Assembly (NCBI GenBank): GCA_045643285.1
Contig: JAZUKN010000041.1
Location: 666 to 64,665 of the forward strand
Length of the DNA stretch: 64,000 nucleotides
Reading direction: 5' to 3'
Source: Eubacteriales bacterium
GTDB taxonomy: Bacteria; Bacillota; Clostridia; Oscillospirales; CAG-272
Below, piece by piece: positions 19,693 through 31,020 of the stretch. A model generated the notes under the pieces. It had not been told where the DNA came from. It ran no database searches and saw only the letters and a program-made list of their open reading frames with translations. Made by a program: the position numbers and the translations under genes. Each line of letters starts with the position of its first letter. The first letter of the stretch is position 1.

Positions 19693-21681
19693 ATGAACAC
19701 AGAAGAATTATCCCCCGAAAAGCAGTATGAGGCGGACGACAAATCCCTGCCCGAATATCTCTTTCACCAGGGGACAAACTTCACAGCATACGACTACCTC
19801 GGAGTACATTCACAGAAAACAGACAGCGGATACAGATACACTTTCCGCGTATGGGCGCCGAACGCCAAAGCGGTATACCTCAATTCTGATTTTACTTCAT
19901 GGGAATGGGGCGCACCGCTCAGCCGTACAACAGACGGCGGAGTATGGGAAATAACGCTCGACACAGCGGACAGGCTCGACGGAAAGTTCTATAAATATGC
20001 GATAACAGGACGGGACGGCGTGACGCGGCTCAAGTCCGACCCGTACGCATTCGAGAGCGAAACGCTCATAAAAACCGCGTCGGTTGTGCGCGACATTACT
20101 CGCCACCGCTGGGACGACGGCGACTGGCTGAAAAAACGCTCGTCAACGGTCTGCCCGAAGGCAAGGGGATTCAAGCCGAAGTTCAACCACTTCTATTCCG
20201 CACCGCTCAACATCTACGAGGTACATCTCGGCTCGTGGAAAACGCGCGACGGCAAATCGAACGCCGACGGCGAGCATTATCTCGGTTACAGAGAGATCGC
20301 TGACCGTCTTTCGGCTTATGTCAAGGATATGGGCTACACGCACATCGAGTTGCTTCCCGTAATGGAGCATCCGTTCGACGGCTCGTGGGGGTACCAGGTG
20401 TGCGGATATTACGCACCGACCTCCCGTTACGGCACACCGGAAGATTTCAGATACTTCGTCGAAAAGATGCACAAGAACGGCATCGGCGTCATCCTCGACT
20501 GGGTGCCGGCTCACTTCCCGAAGGACGCGCACGGACTGTACGAATTCGACGGTCAGCCGCTTTACGAATACCAGGGCAAGGACAGAATGGAGAACGAGGG
20601 CTGGGGCACGCGCTACTTTGACGTAGGGCGTCCGGAAGTGCAGTCGTTCCTCATCTCGAACGCGCTGTTCTGGTTCAGAGAATATCACATCGACGGACTG
20701 AGGATCGACGCAGTTGCCGCGATGCTCTATCTCGACTACGACAGGAAGCCCGGCGAGTGGATCCCGAACGTCGAAGGCAACAACCACAATCTTGAAGCGA
20801 TAGCGTTCTTCAGAAAGCTCAATTCGGCAGTGTTCGGCGAGTTCCCGGACGTTCTCATGATAGCGGAAGAATCGACGGCATGGCCCATGGTGACCGGCCC
20901 CGTATACGACGGCGGACTCGGCTTCAACTTCAAATGGAACATGGGTTGGGCGAACGACGTTTTCGACTACATCGCCACCGATCCCGTCGCACGAAACAGG
21001 ATACACAACAAGCTGACGTTCCCGATGATGTATGCGTTCAGCGAAAACTATATTCTGCCGATCTCGCACGACGAAGTCGTACACGGTAAAAAGTCGCTCG
21101 TCGACAAGTGCTTCGGCGAGTACGACGACAAGTTTGCGAACATGAGAACGCTCCTCATGTATATGATGACGCTCCCGGGCAAAAAGCTGACGTTCATGGG
21201 CACTGAATTCGCGCAGTTCAGAGAATGGGACTACGAGAACCAGCTTGAGTGGTTCATGACCGACTACCCGCGCCACATCGAGATGCAGAGATTCGTCCGC
21301 GCGATGAACCACTTCTACCTCGAAACTCCGGAGCTTTGGGAAATCGACGACACATGGGACGGCTTTGAGTGGATATTCGCCGACCGCGCAGACGACAACA
21401 TTCTCGCGTACAGGCGCAAGGACAAGCGCGGAAACGAGATCATAGTCGTGCTCAACTTCGCGCCTGTCGAAAAGCGCGGATATACTCTTCCCGTGCCGAA
21501 GCTCGGCAGATACGAAGAAGTAATGACGACAGACAGATACGAGTTCGGAGGAAAGAACAAGCTCAACGATGTTCCCGTCCGCTCACGCCTCGTCAGCGAC
21601 GACGGAAAGACAAAATACAACGTGATCGACGTAAACATCCCACCTCTCGGAGGATTTATTCTGAAAAAACAGCAAGGGTAA
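19693..21681 (+). CDS. glgB: 1,4-alpha-glucan branching enzyme
   Basis: YEVHLGSW, DGSWGYQ, LDWVPAHF, DGLRIDAV, IAEEST and SHDEVVHGK motifs. Confidence 0.97.
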   Translation: MNTEELSPEKQYEADDKSLPEYLFHQGTNFTAYDYLGVHSQKTDSGYRYTFRVWAPNAKAVYLNSDFTSWEWGAPLSRTTDGGVWEITLDTADRLDGKFYKYAITGRDGVTRLKSDPYAFESETLIKTASVVRDITRHRWDDGDWLKKRSSTVCPKARGFKPKFNHFYSAPLNIYEVHLGSWKTRDGKSNADGEHYLGYREIADRLSAYVKDMGYTHIELLPVMEHPFDGSWGYQVCGYYAPTSRYGTPEDFRYFVEKMHKNGIGVILDWVPAHFPKDAHGLYEFDGQPLYEYQGKDRMENEGWGTRYFDVGRPEVQSFLISNALFWFREYHIDGLRIDAVAAMLYLDYDRKPGEWIPNVEGNNHNLEAIAFFRKLNSAVFGEFPDVLMIAEESTAWPMVTGPVYDGGLGFNFKWNMGWANDVFDYIATDPVARNRIHNKLTFPMMYAFSENYILPISHDEVVHGKKSLVDKCFGEYDDKFANMRTLLMYMMTLPGKKLTFMGTEFAQFREWDYENQLEWFMTDYPRHIEMQRFVRAMNHFYLETPELWEIDDTWDGFEWIFADRADDNILAYRRKDKRGNEIIVVLNFAPVEKRGYTLPVPKLGRYEEVMTTDRYEFGGKNKLNDVPVRSRLVSDDGKTKYNVIDVNIPPLGGFILKKQQG

Positions 21682-21914
21682 AAGCAGATTTAATGAATAA
21701 TGAATGATGAAGAATGAATAATGAATAATCAGACAGAGAACTCAAAAGTCTTTCATCCACTTTGCAACAAAGGGGCAAGTGGAAAATTATGACAAAGCCC
21801 AAATTCACTGCACTATAGCCTTGTATACACAAACGTATGAGCGGCAGCGCGCTGTACCTTCACGGGTTAAATCCTCGAAAACGTCGCACAAACTTTGTAA
21901 CAAAGGGGAGTCCA

Positions 21915-22232
21915 ACCGAGATGCGGAGCATCTCGAGGACTTCGTTCACGAAGTCGGTAGGCGTGAATGCGAAGCCCTTCCCCCTTTGGCGGGTAGATTG
22001 ACAAGGAGGCGACGTTCTGCATCACCGAGATGCGGAGCGTCGCGTCGGTTTCGACGAAGTCGAATACCGGCTTGTCCGCCCCCACGCGTAGGACAGAGAA
22101 ACAAATCGAAAACATCGAAGACGTTTTCTACCTTTTGCCGATATAAAGAAAGTGCAAATCCTTTCGACGGCGGGAGCAAGCCCCTACAGAATAGAAATGA
22201 TATATCGTGCGAAGCCGTGAGGTTTGTGCAAG
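21915..22232. repeat. Composite repeat cluster inside the glg operon
   Basis: ACCGAGATGCGGAGC occurs twice. TCGGTTTCGAC..AGTCGAATACCGG.TTGTCCG and AATGATRTATCGTGCGAARCCGT..RTTTGTGCAA are shared with 40187-40280. Confidence 0.65.
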
Positions 22233-22310
22233 TTAAAGAAAAATCCCCGTCGGCAGACAAAACAAAAATCCAAAAACACTACATCGAAAAATATTTTTCG
22301 GAGGTCTATT

Positions 22311-23522
22311 ATGTACAAAAAACAGGAGTGCATCGCAATGCTTCTCGCCGGAGGACAGGGAAGCCGTCTTTACACGCTGACGGAGAAAACCGCTAAACCG
22401 GCAGTCCGTTTCGGCGGAAAATACCGTATCATCGACTTTCCGCTCTCGAACTGCGTCAATTCCGGTATCTACACAGTCGGCGTGCTGACGCAGTATCAGC
22501 CGCTCCAGCTCAACGAATACATCGGAAACGGTCAGCCGTGGGACCTTGACAGAGGGCAGTCGGGCGTTATGGTCCTGCCGCCTTATCAGGGTAAGAACGG
22601 CGCGGACTGGTACAAAGGCACGGCCAACGCTATCTATCAGAACCTCGCGTTCATCGACAGATACGACCCCGATTACGTTCTCATCCTCTCCGGCGACCAC
22701 ATCTACAAAATGGACTACGAAAAAATGCTCCGCGCACACAAGGAAACAGGCGCAGACTGCACTATCGCCGTTCTCGAAGTAACGCTTGAAGAAGCCTCCC
22801 GTTTCGGCATCCTGAACACCGACGAAAACCTCAAGATATACGAATTTGAAGAAAAACCGAAGCACCCGAAGAGCACAAAAGCGTCAATGGGCATCTACAT
22901 CTTCTCGGCAAAGGTACTGAAGAAATACCTCATAGACGACGAAGCCGATCCTGAGTCTTCAAAAGACTTCGGCAAGAACATCATTCCGAAAATGCTCGCG
23001 GACGGCATGAAAATGTACGCATATCCTTTCTCCGGATACTGGAAAGACGTCGGAACGATACAGTCCCTCTGGGAAGCGAACATGGATCTGCTCGGCGAAA
23101 AACCCGAATTTGACCTGCGCGACCGCTCGTGGAGGATCTATTCGCGCAACTACTCAGATCCGCCGCAGTTTGTCGGAGAATACGCCAAAATATCGAACTC
23201 GTTCATTACCGAGGGATGCGTCGTCGAGGGCGTAGTCGAGAACTCAGTTCTCGCGTCCGGCGTAACGGTCGAGAGAGGCGCGTACGTCAAAGATTCCGTC
23301 ATCATGCGCGGCGTTACGGTAGGCGAGGGCGCGACAGTCAACTACTCGATAATCGACAGCGACACGGTGATCGGCAAGAACTCAGTCGTCGGACGGACGA
23401 AAAGCTCGGGGGAGGCTATAACGGTCGTCGGCTCCGACCTCAAAGTGGCGGACGGCTCAGACATTCCCGGCGGCGAAATGGTAAACGCAAAGTGGCTCTC
23501 GGAGCACGGCGAAGAGAACTGA
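22311..23522 (+). CDS. glgC: Glucose-1-phosphate adenylyltransferase
   Basis: [34 protein letters not shown] and [11 protein letters not shown]; ATG 22311 follows GGAGG. Confidence 0.96.
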   Translation: MYKKQECIAMLLAGGQGSRLYTLTEKTAKPAVRFGGKYRIIDFPLSNCVNSGIYTVGVLTQYQPLQLNEYIGNGQPWDLDRGQSGVMVLPPYQGKNGADWYKGTANAIYQNLAFIDRYDPDYVLILSGDHIYKMDYEKMLRAHKETGADCTIAVLEVTLEEASRFGILNTDENLKIYEFEEKPKHPKSTKASMGIYIFSAKVLKKYLIDDEADPESSKDFGKNIIPKMLADGMKMYAYPFSGYWKDVGTIQSLWEANMDLLGEKPEFDLRDRSWRIYSRNYSDPPQFVGEYAKISNSFITEGCVVEGVVENSVLASGVTVERGAYVKDSVIMRGVTVGEGATVNYSIIDSDTVIGKNSVVGRTKSSGEAITVVGSDLKVADGSDIPGGEMVNAKWLSEHGEEN

Positions 23523-23541
23523 GAAAGGAACGTGAAATAAT

Positions 23542-24672
23542 ATGTCAGCATCAGGAATCATTTTTACAAACATTCACGACAACAATATCCCCGAGCTTAC
23601 AAGACTCCGCACTATCGGCTCAGTCCCGTTCGCGTGCAGATACCGTTTCATCGACTTCACGCTCTCGAACATGGTCAACTCGAACATATACAACATCGAT
23701 GTAATAACCCACTACAACTACCGCTCGCTTATGGACCATATAGGCTCGGGCAAGGACTGGGATCTTGCTCGCCGTTCGGGAGGACTTAAGATACTTCCGC
23801 CTCACATGACGGCAGGAAGCGGAGGAAACGAAGAATATCAGACGCGGCTCGAATCGCTTAAGTCCGTCAGCGCGGCTATCGGTCATATATCGGACGAATA
23901 CGTCGTTCTCTCCGACTGCGATGTTATCTGCAACGTCGACTTCAGCGACATGATCGAATATCACAGAAAAACCGGCGCGGACATTACCCTTGCCGTAAAG
24001 CGCGTTTCTCTCACCCGCGAGACTGCAAAATACAACACGATTTACCGCTCCGACGACGACGGAAAGATCACCGACATCGAGCTTTATCCCACCGATTTCA
24101 AGGGAGAAGCGGACATCGCACTCAATATGCTCGTTATGAAGACCTCGTACCTCCAGCAGATCGTCGCCGACTCGATAGCGCACAACTATTCAAGCATGAC
24201 AAAGGACATCATCGCGCGCAACATCGGACGAATGGATTACCGCGTATACAAGTACGACGGATACTTCGCCTGCATAACATCTCTTGAAGACTACTTCAAG
24301 TATTCAATGGAGCTTATCTCAGACAAAAATATGCGTGAATCCCTGTTCAATGTAAAGAACAGACCTGTTTACACGAAAGTACGCAACTCCACCCCTGCAT
24401 ACTATGCACCGTCGTCGTCAGTCAAGAATTCGCTTGTAGCCGACGGCTGCGTCATCGAAGGCACGGTAGAAAATTCGATAATCTTCCGCGGCGCGAAGGT
24501 CGGCAAGAACGCAACTGTCCGCAACTCGATCATCATGCAGGATTCGATAATCTCAGACGGCGCGTTCCTCAACTACGTCATCACCGACAAGAACACCGTC
24601 ATCCGTGACGGACGTATGCTCGCAGGCGCAGAAGTTCAGCCGTTCTATGTATCAAAAGGAAAAATGATCTGA
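23542..24672 (+). CDS. glgD: Glucose-1-phosphate adenylyltransferase GlgD subunit
   Basis: GlgC paralogue (PFACRYRFIDFTLSN, GSGKDWDL) lacking the catalytic N-terminal motif; lies directly after glgC. Confidence 0.93.
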   Translation: MSASGIIFTNIHDNNIPELTRLRTIGSVPFACRYRFIDFTLSNMVNSNIYNIDVITHYNYRSLMDHIGSGKDWDLARRSGGLKILPPHMTAGSGGNEEYQTRLESLKSVSAAIGHISDEYVVLSDCDVICNVDFSDMIEYHRKTGADITLAVKRVSLTRETAKYNTIYRSDDDGKITDIELYPTDFKGEADIALNMLVMKTSYLQQIVADSIAHNYSSMTKDIIARNIGRMDYRVYKYDGYFACITSLEDYFKYSMELISDKNMRESLFNVKNRPVYTKVRNSTPAYYAPSSSVKNSLVADGCVIEGTVENSIIFRGAKVGKNATVRNSIIMQDSIISDGAFLNYVITDKNTVIRDGRMLAGAEVQPFYVSKGKMI

Positions 24673-24693
24673 CAGCCCGAAAGGAGTAAAACC

Positions 24694-26133
24694 GTGAAAC
24701 TGCTTTACGTTGCATCGGAAGCGCTTCCGTACGCATCCACCGGCGGACTTGCCGACGTTGTAGGCTCTCTTCCGAAATCCGTCAAAAAGATCCTCGGTGA
24801 CGGCGGAGACGTGCGCGTCGTGATACCGCTCTATCCGTCGATCAGAGACAAATTTGCCGAACAGCTTGAGCTGATATACGAAACGAACGTCTGGCTCGCG
24901 TGGCGCAGCCAATACTGCGGTATCTGGAAAACCGTATCTGACGGCGTGACCTTCTATTTCATCGACAACTTATACTATTTTGACCGAAAAATGCTCTACG
25001 GCAACTACGACGACGCGGAGAGATTCGCGTTCTTCTCGAAAGCCGTCATGGAAATGATGTCGATGCTCAGATTCTATCCCGACATCCTCCACGCGAACGA
25101 CTGGCAGACCGCGCTGACCGTCATCTATCTGAAGAAAAAGTACGGTCACATTGCCGAATACCGCAACATCCGTTCGGTGTTCACGATACACAACATCGAC
25201 TACCAGGGAGTGTTCGACTTCAAGATACTCGGAGACGTTTTCGAGCTTCCCGAATGGGAGAAAAACACAGTCGAATACAACGGCTGTATCAACCTCTTGA
25301 AAGGTGCCGTCACCTGCGCCGACAAGGTCACGACAGTAAGCGAAACGTACTCGCGCGAGATACTGACCGAGTTCTATTCGAGCGGACTTCACTTCATCCT
25401 CCGCCAGGCAAACGACGAAGGACGGCTCACGGGCATAGTGAACGGCATCGACGTCGACTACTACAACCCCACAAAGGACAACGAGATCGCCGCAAAGTTC
25501 TCACCGAAAGACCTCAGTGGAAAAGCGGCTGACAAAGCGGACTTACAGCGCACCTGCGGACTCGTCGAGAATCCGAATTTCCCGATCATCGCCATGGTAT
25601 CGCGTCTTGCGTCACACAAGGGCTTTGACCTCGTCAAGCGTGTGATCGAAGAGATCGTGAATTACGGAAACGTGCAGTTCGTTCTTCTCGGCACGGGAGA
25701 GAGCGAGCTTGAAGAATTCTTCCGCGGACTCGAATACCGCCACCCGGGCATGGTCTGCGCGTGGATAGAGTACAACAAGTCCGTATCAAAGAAGATCTAC
25801 GCCGGCGCCGATCTTTTCCTGATGCCGTCGAAATCCGAGCCGTGCGGACTCGCGCAGATGATCGCGTCGCGCTACGGAACAGTGCCGATCGTGCGTGCGT
25901 GCGGCGGACTTGCGGATACAATAAAACCGTTCAACGAATACGAAGGCACGGGCAATGGCTTCACGTTCGACAACTACAACGCGCACGACATGAAAAATGT
26001 CATAAACTATGCGCTCAGTGTATATTTTGACGCGCCGAAGTGGGAGAAATTAGTCAAAAATGTCATTTCCGTCGACTTTTCGTGGAATGTTTCGGCAAAA
26101 AAATACATTGAAATCTATTCGTCTTTGGTGTAA
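24694..26133 (+). CDS. glgA: Glycogen synthase
   Basis: TGGLADV, HANDWQT, FTIHN and MPSKSEPCGL motifs; GTG start after AAGGAG. Confidence 0.96.
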   Translation: MKLLYVASEALPYASTGGLADVVGSLPKSVKKILGDGGDVRVVIPLYPSIRDKFAEQLELIYETNVWLAWRSQYCGIWKTVSDGVTFYFIDNLYYFDRKMLYGNYDDAERFAFFSKAVMEMMSMLRFYPDILHANDWQTALTVIYLKKKYGHIAEYRNIRSVFTIHNIDYQGVFDFKILGDVFELPEWEKNTVEYNGCINLLKGAVTCADKVTTVSETYSREILTEFYSSGLHFILRQANDEGRLTGIVNGIDVDYYNPTKDNEIAAKFSPKDLSGKAADKADLQRTCGLVENPNFPIIAMVSRLASHKGFDLVKRVIEEIVNYGNVQFVLLGTGESELEEFFRGLEYRHPGMVCAWIEYNKSVSKKIYAGADLFLMPSKSEPCGLAQMIASRYGTVPIVRACGGLADTIKPFNEYEGTGNGFTFDNYNAHDMKNVINYALSVYFDAPKWEKLVKNVISVDFSWNVSAKKYIEIYSSLV

Positions 26134-26227
26134 AATATAATTAAACGGACTATATTCCGAATGGCGGCGTTTTGTGCATTGTCACTATGCCGTCATTTAT
26201 CAATATTTCATATTGGGACGGTATACT

Positions 26228-28660
26228 ATGGACAGAAACCAGAAGCTCACCGATGCGGCGGTAAAGAACAATATCGAATCAAAGCTGATGAACTATTTCG
26301 GCGTTACGCCGGACGAAGCGACCGAAGAACAGATCTTCTCGGCGACACTGCTCAGCGTCAAGGAAGTCCTTGCGATGAAAAAAGCGGCTTTCCACGAAAC
26401 CGTAAAGAAAGCGGCTTCCAAAAAGGCGTACTATATGTGTATGGAGTTCCTCGTCGGACGGCAGCTCAAGAACAATATAATGAATCTCGGACTTGAGAAG
26501 CAGTACAGAAACGCGCTCTCTAAGCTCGGCTTCTCGCTCGACGAGATATATGAAAAAGAACCCGACCCGGGACTCGGCAACGGCGGTCTCGGACGGCTCG
26601 CGGCGTGCTTCATGGACTCGCTGACCGCGCTTGACTACTACACGACCGGATTTTCGATCTGCTACGAATACGGTCTTTTCAAACAGCGCATCATCGACGG
26701 CAACCAGGTCGAACTCCCCGACGAATGGATAAAAGAGGGAGGGCTGTGGCTCGTTCCGAGAACTGACAAGGCGTACAACATACGTCTCGGCGGCGAAGTC
26801 AAGGAAAGCTGGGAAAACGGCAAGTGCAACATCGTTTACGAAAACTACGAGGAAGTACGCGCCGTTCCGTACGACTTGATGATCTCGGGTGCAGACAGCG
26901 AAGCCGTGAACACTCTCCGTCTCTGGAAAGCCGTTGACACGAAGAACTTCAACATGAATCTGTTCTCGCAGGGGCAGTATGTCAAGGCGATACAGGAATC
27001 GTCGAACGCAGAAGTCATCTCGAAGGTGCTTTATCCGTCCGACAACCACGAAGAAGGCAAGCTCCTCCGTCTCACCCAACAGTATTTCCTCGTTTCCGCG
27101 TCACTCCAGAGCATCATCGCCGACCACCTCGCACGTTACGGCACTCTCTCGAACTTCGCCGACAAGGTGGCTATCCACATCAACGACACGCACCCTGCGC
27201 TTTGCGTGCCGGAGCTTATGCGTATCCTGCTCGACGTTTACTCCTACTCATGGGAGGACGCATGGAACGTCGTCACGAGAGTAATTTCCTATACGAACCA
27301 CACTGTTATGCCCGAGGCTCTTGAGACGTGGAACGAATCGCTGTTCCGCCTCAAGCTGCCGAGAATTTATATGATAGTCTGCGAGATCAACAGACGCATG
27401 ACGGCGGATCTCTGGAATATGTACCCCGGCGACTGGGACAGGATTTCGACGATGTCGGTAATCGCGTACAACCAGATCAGAATGGCAAACCTGAGCGTTC
27501 ACGCATCCCACACAGTAAACGGCGTGTCTGCGCTCCACTCGAATATTCTGAAAGATACTGTATTCCACGAATTCTACAAAGCAACGCCGTATAAATTCAC
27601 GAACGTCACTAACGGTATCGCAATGCGCCGTTGGCTCTGCTACTCGAACCCGGGACTTACTTCCCTGCTCGACGACACGATAGGTCCGGACTACAGAAAG
27701 GATTTTTCAAGGCTCAAGGACTTTGAGAAATACGCGGACGACAAAGCGGTGCTTTCCCGTCTCGCATCTATCAAGAAAGAGAACAAAGAACGATTTGCAA
27801 AGTATTACTCCGACAAAACGGGCAAGGCGCTTGATCCGTCTTCCGTATTCGACGTACAGGCGAAGAGAATGCACGAATACAAGCGTCAGCTTCTTAACGT
27901 TCTGAAGATCGTCTCGCTTTACAATGAAATAAAGACAAATCCGAACGGAAACTACACGCCGACGACATTCATCTTCAGCGGAAAAGCCGCGCCCGGATAC
28001 TATATGGCGAAAGAGATCATAAAGCTGATATGGAATCTCGGTGAAGAGATCGAACGCGATCCCGTGGCACGCGACATCATCCGCATCGTTTACGCAGAGG
28101 ACTACAACGTATCCCTCGCCGAAGTGCTGATCCCGTCTGCCGACATAAGCGAACAGATCTCCCTCGCCGGCAAGGAAGCAAGCGGCACGGGATGTATGAA
28201 GTTCATGGTCAACGGTGCGCTTACGCTCGGCACGCTCGACGGCGCAAACGTTGAAATGAAAGACGCTGTCGGAGACGACAACATCTATATCTTCGGTCTT
28301 CGTGCGAAAGAAGTCGACGAGCTGTGGAAATCCGGTTACAACGCGCGCTCGTACTATATGCAGTCGCGCAGACTCAAGGATACCATCGACTTCCTCGGCG
28401 GACGTTTCGGCGGCAACGATCACACCGTCATGGTGAACTACCTCCTCGCAGGTGAGAGAGGCATCGCGGACCCGTATATGTGCCTCGCGGACTTTGACGC
28501 ATATCTCGGAACGTACGACAAGATGATAGAAACCTACCACGACGAACCCACGTGGCTCAGAAAATCCCTCATGAACATCGCAAACGCCGGATTCTTCTCG
28601 TCCGACAGAGCGATACGCGAATACGCAGACAAGATCTGGCACATCAAACCTCTGAAATAA
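26228..28660 (+). CDS. glgP: Glycogen/starch phosphorylase
   Basis: GLGNGGLGRLAAC, INDTHP, KRMHEYKRQ and EASGTGCMK (PLP lysine) motifs. Confidence 0.96.
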   Translation: MDRNQKLTDAAVKNNIESKLMNYFGVTPDEATEEQIFSATLLSVKEVLAMKKAAFHETVKKAASKKAYYMCMEFLVGRQLKNNIMNLGLEKQYRNALSKLGFSLDEIYEKEPDPGLGNGGLGRLAACFMDSLTALDYYTTGFSICYEYGLFKQRIIDGNQVELPDEWIKEGGLWLVPRTDKAYNIRLGGEVKESWENGKCNIVYENYEEVRAVPYDLMISGADSEAVNTLRLWKAVDTKNFNMNLFSQGQYVKAIQESSNAEVISKVLYPSDNHEEGKLLRLTQQYFLVSASLQSIIADHLARYGTLSNFADKVAIHINDTHPALCVPELMRILLDVYSYSWEDAWNVVTRVISYTNHTVMPEALETWNESLFRLKLPRIYMIVCEINRRMTADLWNMYPGDWDRISTMSVIAYNQIRMANLSVHASHTVNGVSALHSNILKDTVFHEFYKATPYKFTNVTNGIAMRRWLCYSNPGLTSLLDDTIGPDYRKDFSRLKDFEKYADDKAVLSRLASIKKENKERFAKYYSDKTGKALDPSSVFDVQAKRMHEYKRQLLNVLKIVSLYNEIKTNPNGNYTPTTFIFSGKAAPGYYMAKEIIKLIWNLGEEIERDPVARDIIRIVYAEDYNVSLAEVLIPSADISEQISLAGKEASGTGCMKFMVNGALTLGTLDGANVEMKDAVGDDNIYIFGLRAKEVDELWKSGYNARSYYMQSRRLKDTIDFLGGRFGGNDHTVMVNYLLAGERGIADPYMCLADFDAYLGTYDKMIETYHDEPTWLRKSLMNIANAGFFSSDRAIREYADKIWHIKPLK

Positions 28661-28681
28661 AAAACGGAAAAGGGCGAAAAA

Positions 28682-30562
28682 GTGCTTTTCACAGAACGAA
28701 AATTCGACAAAACAGGACGGGAATGCTCTCTCTTCGGGGCGTTTCCGTCCGACCTTACTGTACGGTTTGTCCTTGAAGCCGACAGCGAAATATCCGACGT
28801 CCGACTCGTGATACATAACGACGGTATGACGGCGTCCTCGGCGTTCCTCACGTATGAAATGAAGCGTGAGAGCGGCGCGGTTTTTTCGTGCGAGATCGAC
28901 TTTTCTTCCCTGCTCGCAGACTGTCATCTGAGGGGCGAAGGGCTGTTCTACTACCACTACAACGCGGACGGCGTCATCCTCGGCGGCGAGAAACCGACGG
29001 AGCTTGAAGTGCTTGAGAATTATCAGGGGGAAAGACAGCTTTTTCTCCATGAGCCGGACTACAGAACATCCCTCGCTTTCCGCGACGGGATAGTGTATCA
29101 CATTTTCGTTGACAGATTCTGCCGCAGCGGAAAATCTCCCGTGAAATCGTACGCCGTGCTTGATGAAAACTGGGACGGCGGCTGTCCTCCGTTTGCCGAA
29201 AAACCGGGCGACGCGCTCGACAACAACACGTTTTTCGGCGGAGATTTATGGGGAATCGTCGAAAAACTCGACTACATCGCCTCTCTCGGCACGAAAACGA
29301 TATACTTATCCCCGATTTTCGACGCGCACACGAATCACAAATACGACACCGGCGACTACACGAAGGTCGACACGATGTTCGGCAGCGACGCGGCTCTGAT
29401 TGAGCTTTGCAAGACGGCAAAATCGCGCGGGATCGACGTTATTCTCGACGGCGTATTCAATCACACGGGCGACGACAGTGTGTATTTCAACCGCCGCGGA
29501 CGCTATCCGACGCTCGGCGCGTATCAGTCGCAGTCGTCGCCGTTCTACGAATGGTACAAGTTCCGCGAATACCCCGACAGCTACGAATGCTGGTGGGGAG
29601 TCGACATTCTTCCGCGCGTCGACAGCACAAACGAAAGCTACCGCTCGTTCATCTGCGACGGCGTTGTCCGCAAATGGATGGACGCAGGCGTATCGGGCTG
29701 GCGGCTCGACGTGGTGGACGAAATATCCGACGAGTTTCTCGACGACTTCCGCGCGTCCGTCAAAGAAGCGAATCCCGACGGAGTCATTATCGGCGAAGTG
29801 TGGGAGGATGCGACAAACAAGATAAGCTACCGTGCGCGCAGGCGGTATCTCGGCGGCAGGCAGACCGATTCCGTGATGAATTATCCCCTGCGAAACGGCG
29901 TGATCTCGTTCATCCGTGACGGCGAATGCGACATTCTGCGGCTTGCGACGGAAACACTCTACCGCCGCTATCCGAAGCAGTCGTCCGACAATTTGCTGAA
30001 CTTTCTCGGCACGCACGACACCGAGAGGATAATCACAGTCCTCGGCGGAGAGAGCGGCGACGGCAAATCGAACGCCGAGCTTGCTGCGGCGAAGATGACG
30101 GCAGACGAGAAAAGCGCGGCTGTTCGCAAATTAAAGCTCGCGTATTCGCTGATCTGCGGTCTGCCGGGTGTGCCGTGCGTCTTCTATGGGGACGAAGTCG
30201 GGCTTGAGGGGTACGGAGACCCGTTCTGCCGCCGTCCTTTCCCGTGGAACGACATGAACGGTGAGCTACTCGAACATTACCGTAAGCTCGGCAATATAAG
30301 AAAAAACAACGCCGTTTTCCGCGACGGCACATTCCGCATACTTGAGCTGACGCCTGAGCATTTCATATATGAGCGGCTGCCGTGGAATAACGGGGGCGAG
30401 AGAACAGTAGTTGCCGTCGTGCGCGAGGGGACGCTGAACGTCCGGTTTTCGTCATCCGTGACGGAGCTTATCACGGGCGTATGCGGCGTGGAATTTGAGC
30501 TGTCGGTAGGAGAGAGCGCGTACCTGAGATGCGAGAAAGAAACGGAGATATACTTTGACTGA
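28682..30562 (+). CDS. GH13 neopullulanase/amylopullulanase-like debranching enzyme
   Basis: FVDRF, NHKYDT, LDGVFNH, GWRLDV, GEVWED and LGTHDT motifs. Confidence 0.9.
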   Translation: MLFTERKFDKTGRECSLFGAFPSDLTVRFVLEADSEISDVRLVIHNDGMTASSAFLTYEMKRESGAVFSCEIDFSSLLADCHLRGEGLFYYHYNADGVILGGEKPTELEVLENYQGERQLFLHEPDYRTSLAFRDGIVYHIFVDRFCRSGKSPVKSYAVLDENWDGGCPPFAEKPGDALDNNTFFGGDLWGIVEKLDYIASLGTKTIYLSPIFDAHTNHKYDTGDYTKVDTMFGSDAALIELCKTAKSRGIDVILDGVFNHTGDDSVYFNRRGRYPTLGAYQSQSSPFYEWYKFREYPDSYECWWGVDILPRVDSTNESYRSFICDGVVRKWMDAGVSGWRLDVVDEISDEFLDDFRASVKEANPDGVIIGEVWEDATNKISYRARRRYLGGRQTDSVMNYPLRNGVISFIRDGECDILRLATETLYRRYPKQSSDNLLNFLGTHDTERIITVLGGESGDGKSNAELAAAKMTADEKSAAVRKLKLAYSLICGLPGVPCVFYGDEVGLEGYGDPFCRRPFPWNDMNGELLEHYRKLGNIRKNNAVFRDGTFRILELTPEHFIYERLPWNNGGERTVVAVVREGTLNVRFSSSVTELITGVCGVEFELSVGESAYLRCEKETEIYFD

Positions 30563-30589
30563 GACGAGTATGCGGTTTTTGTGATTTTG

Positions 30590-30940
30590 TCTTAGCCTTA
30601 TGTAACGCACTCTCCCTCAGTCAACTTCGTTGACAGCTCCCTCCCCGAGGGAGCCTTGCATATACCGAAGTTTTTATTTGATTTATACGAATTTCGCACC
30701 GATACTCTTGAAAGATTTGATCTGAAAATGATACGTTTCACAAACCGTCAAATCGACACATAATTCAAGGCTGTATGCGAATATTTCGACTCCGTCGCAA
30801 ATGCCTCCCTCCGGGAGGGAGGTGGCACGGTTTACCGTGACGGAGGGAGAGAGCGGTTTTTCTGATTTTGTCATAACCTTATGTACGCATTCTCCCTCAG
30901 TCAACTTCGTTGACAGCTCCCTCCCGGAGGGAGCCTTTAT
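30590..30940. repeat. Palindromic repeat unit in two direct copies with a related inverted copy between them
   Basis: TCTCCCTCAGTCAACTTCGTTGACAGCTCCCTCCC(C/G)GAGGGAGCCTT at ~30611-30657 and ~30891-30937; related inverted unit at ~30803-30852. Confidence 0.8.
30683..30800 (+). pseudogene. C-terminal remnant of a DUF559/Vsr-like endonuclease
   Basis: Reads LYEFRTDTLERFDLKMIRFTNRQIDT*FKAVCEYFD with in-frame TAA at 30761 and no start codon. Confidence 0.55.
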
Positions 30941-31020
30941 GAGTTAATCACAATAATATATAGATTTTTATGAATACAAAAATGCCGCACCTTTTCGGGT
31001 ACGGCATTTAATATTTCCTT

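Noticed and set aside
21779-22396. 205-aa ORF between glgB and glgC
   Set aside because: It runs through palindromic repeats, has no RBS or recognisable motif, and overlaps glgC out of frame.
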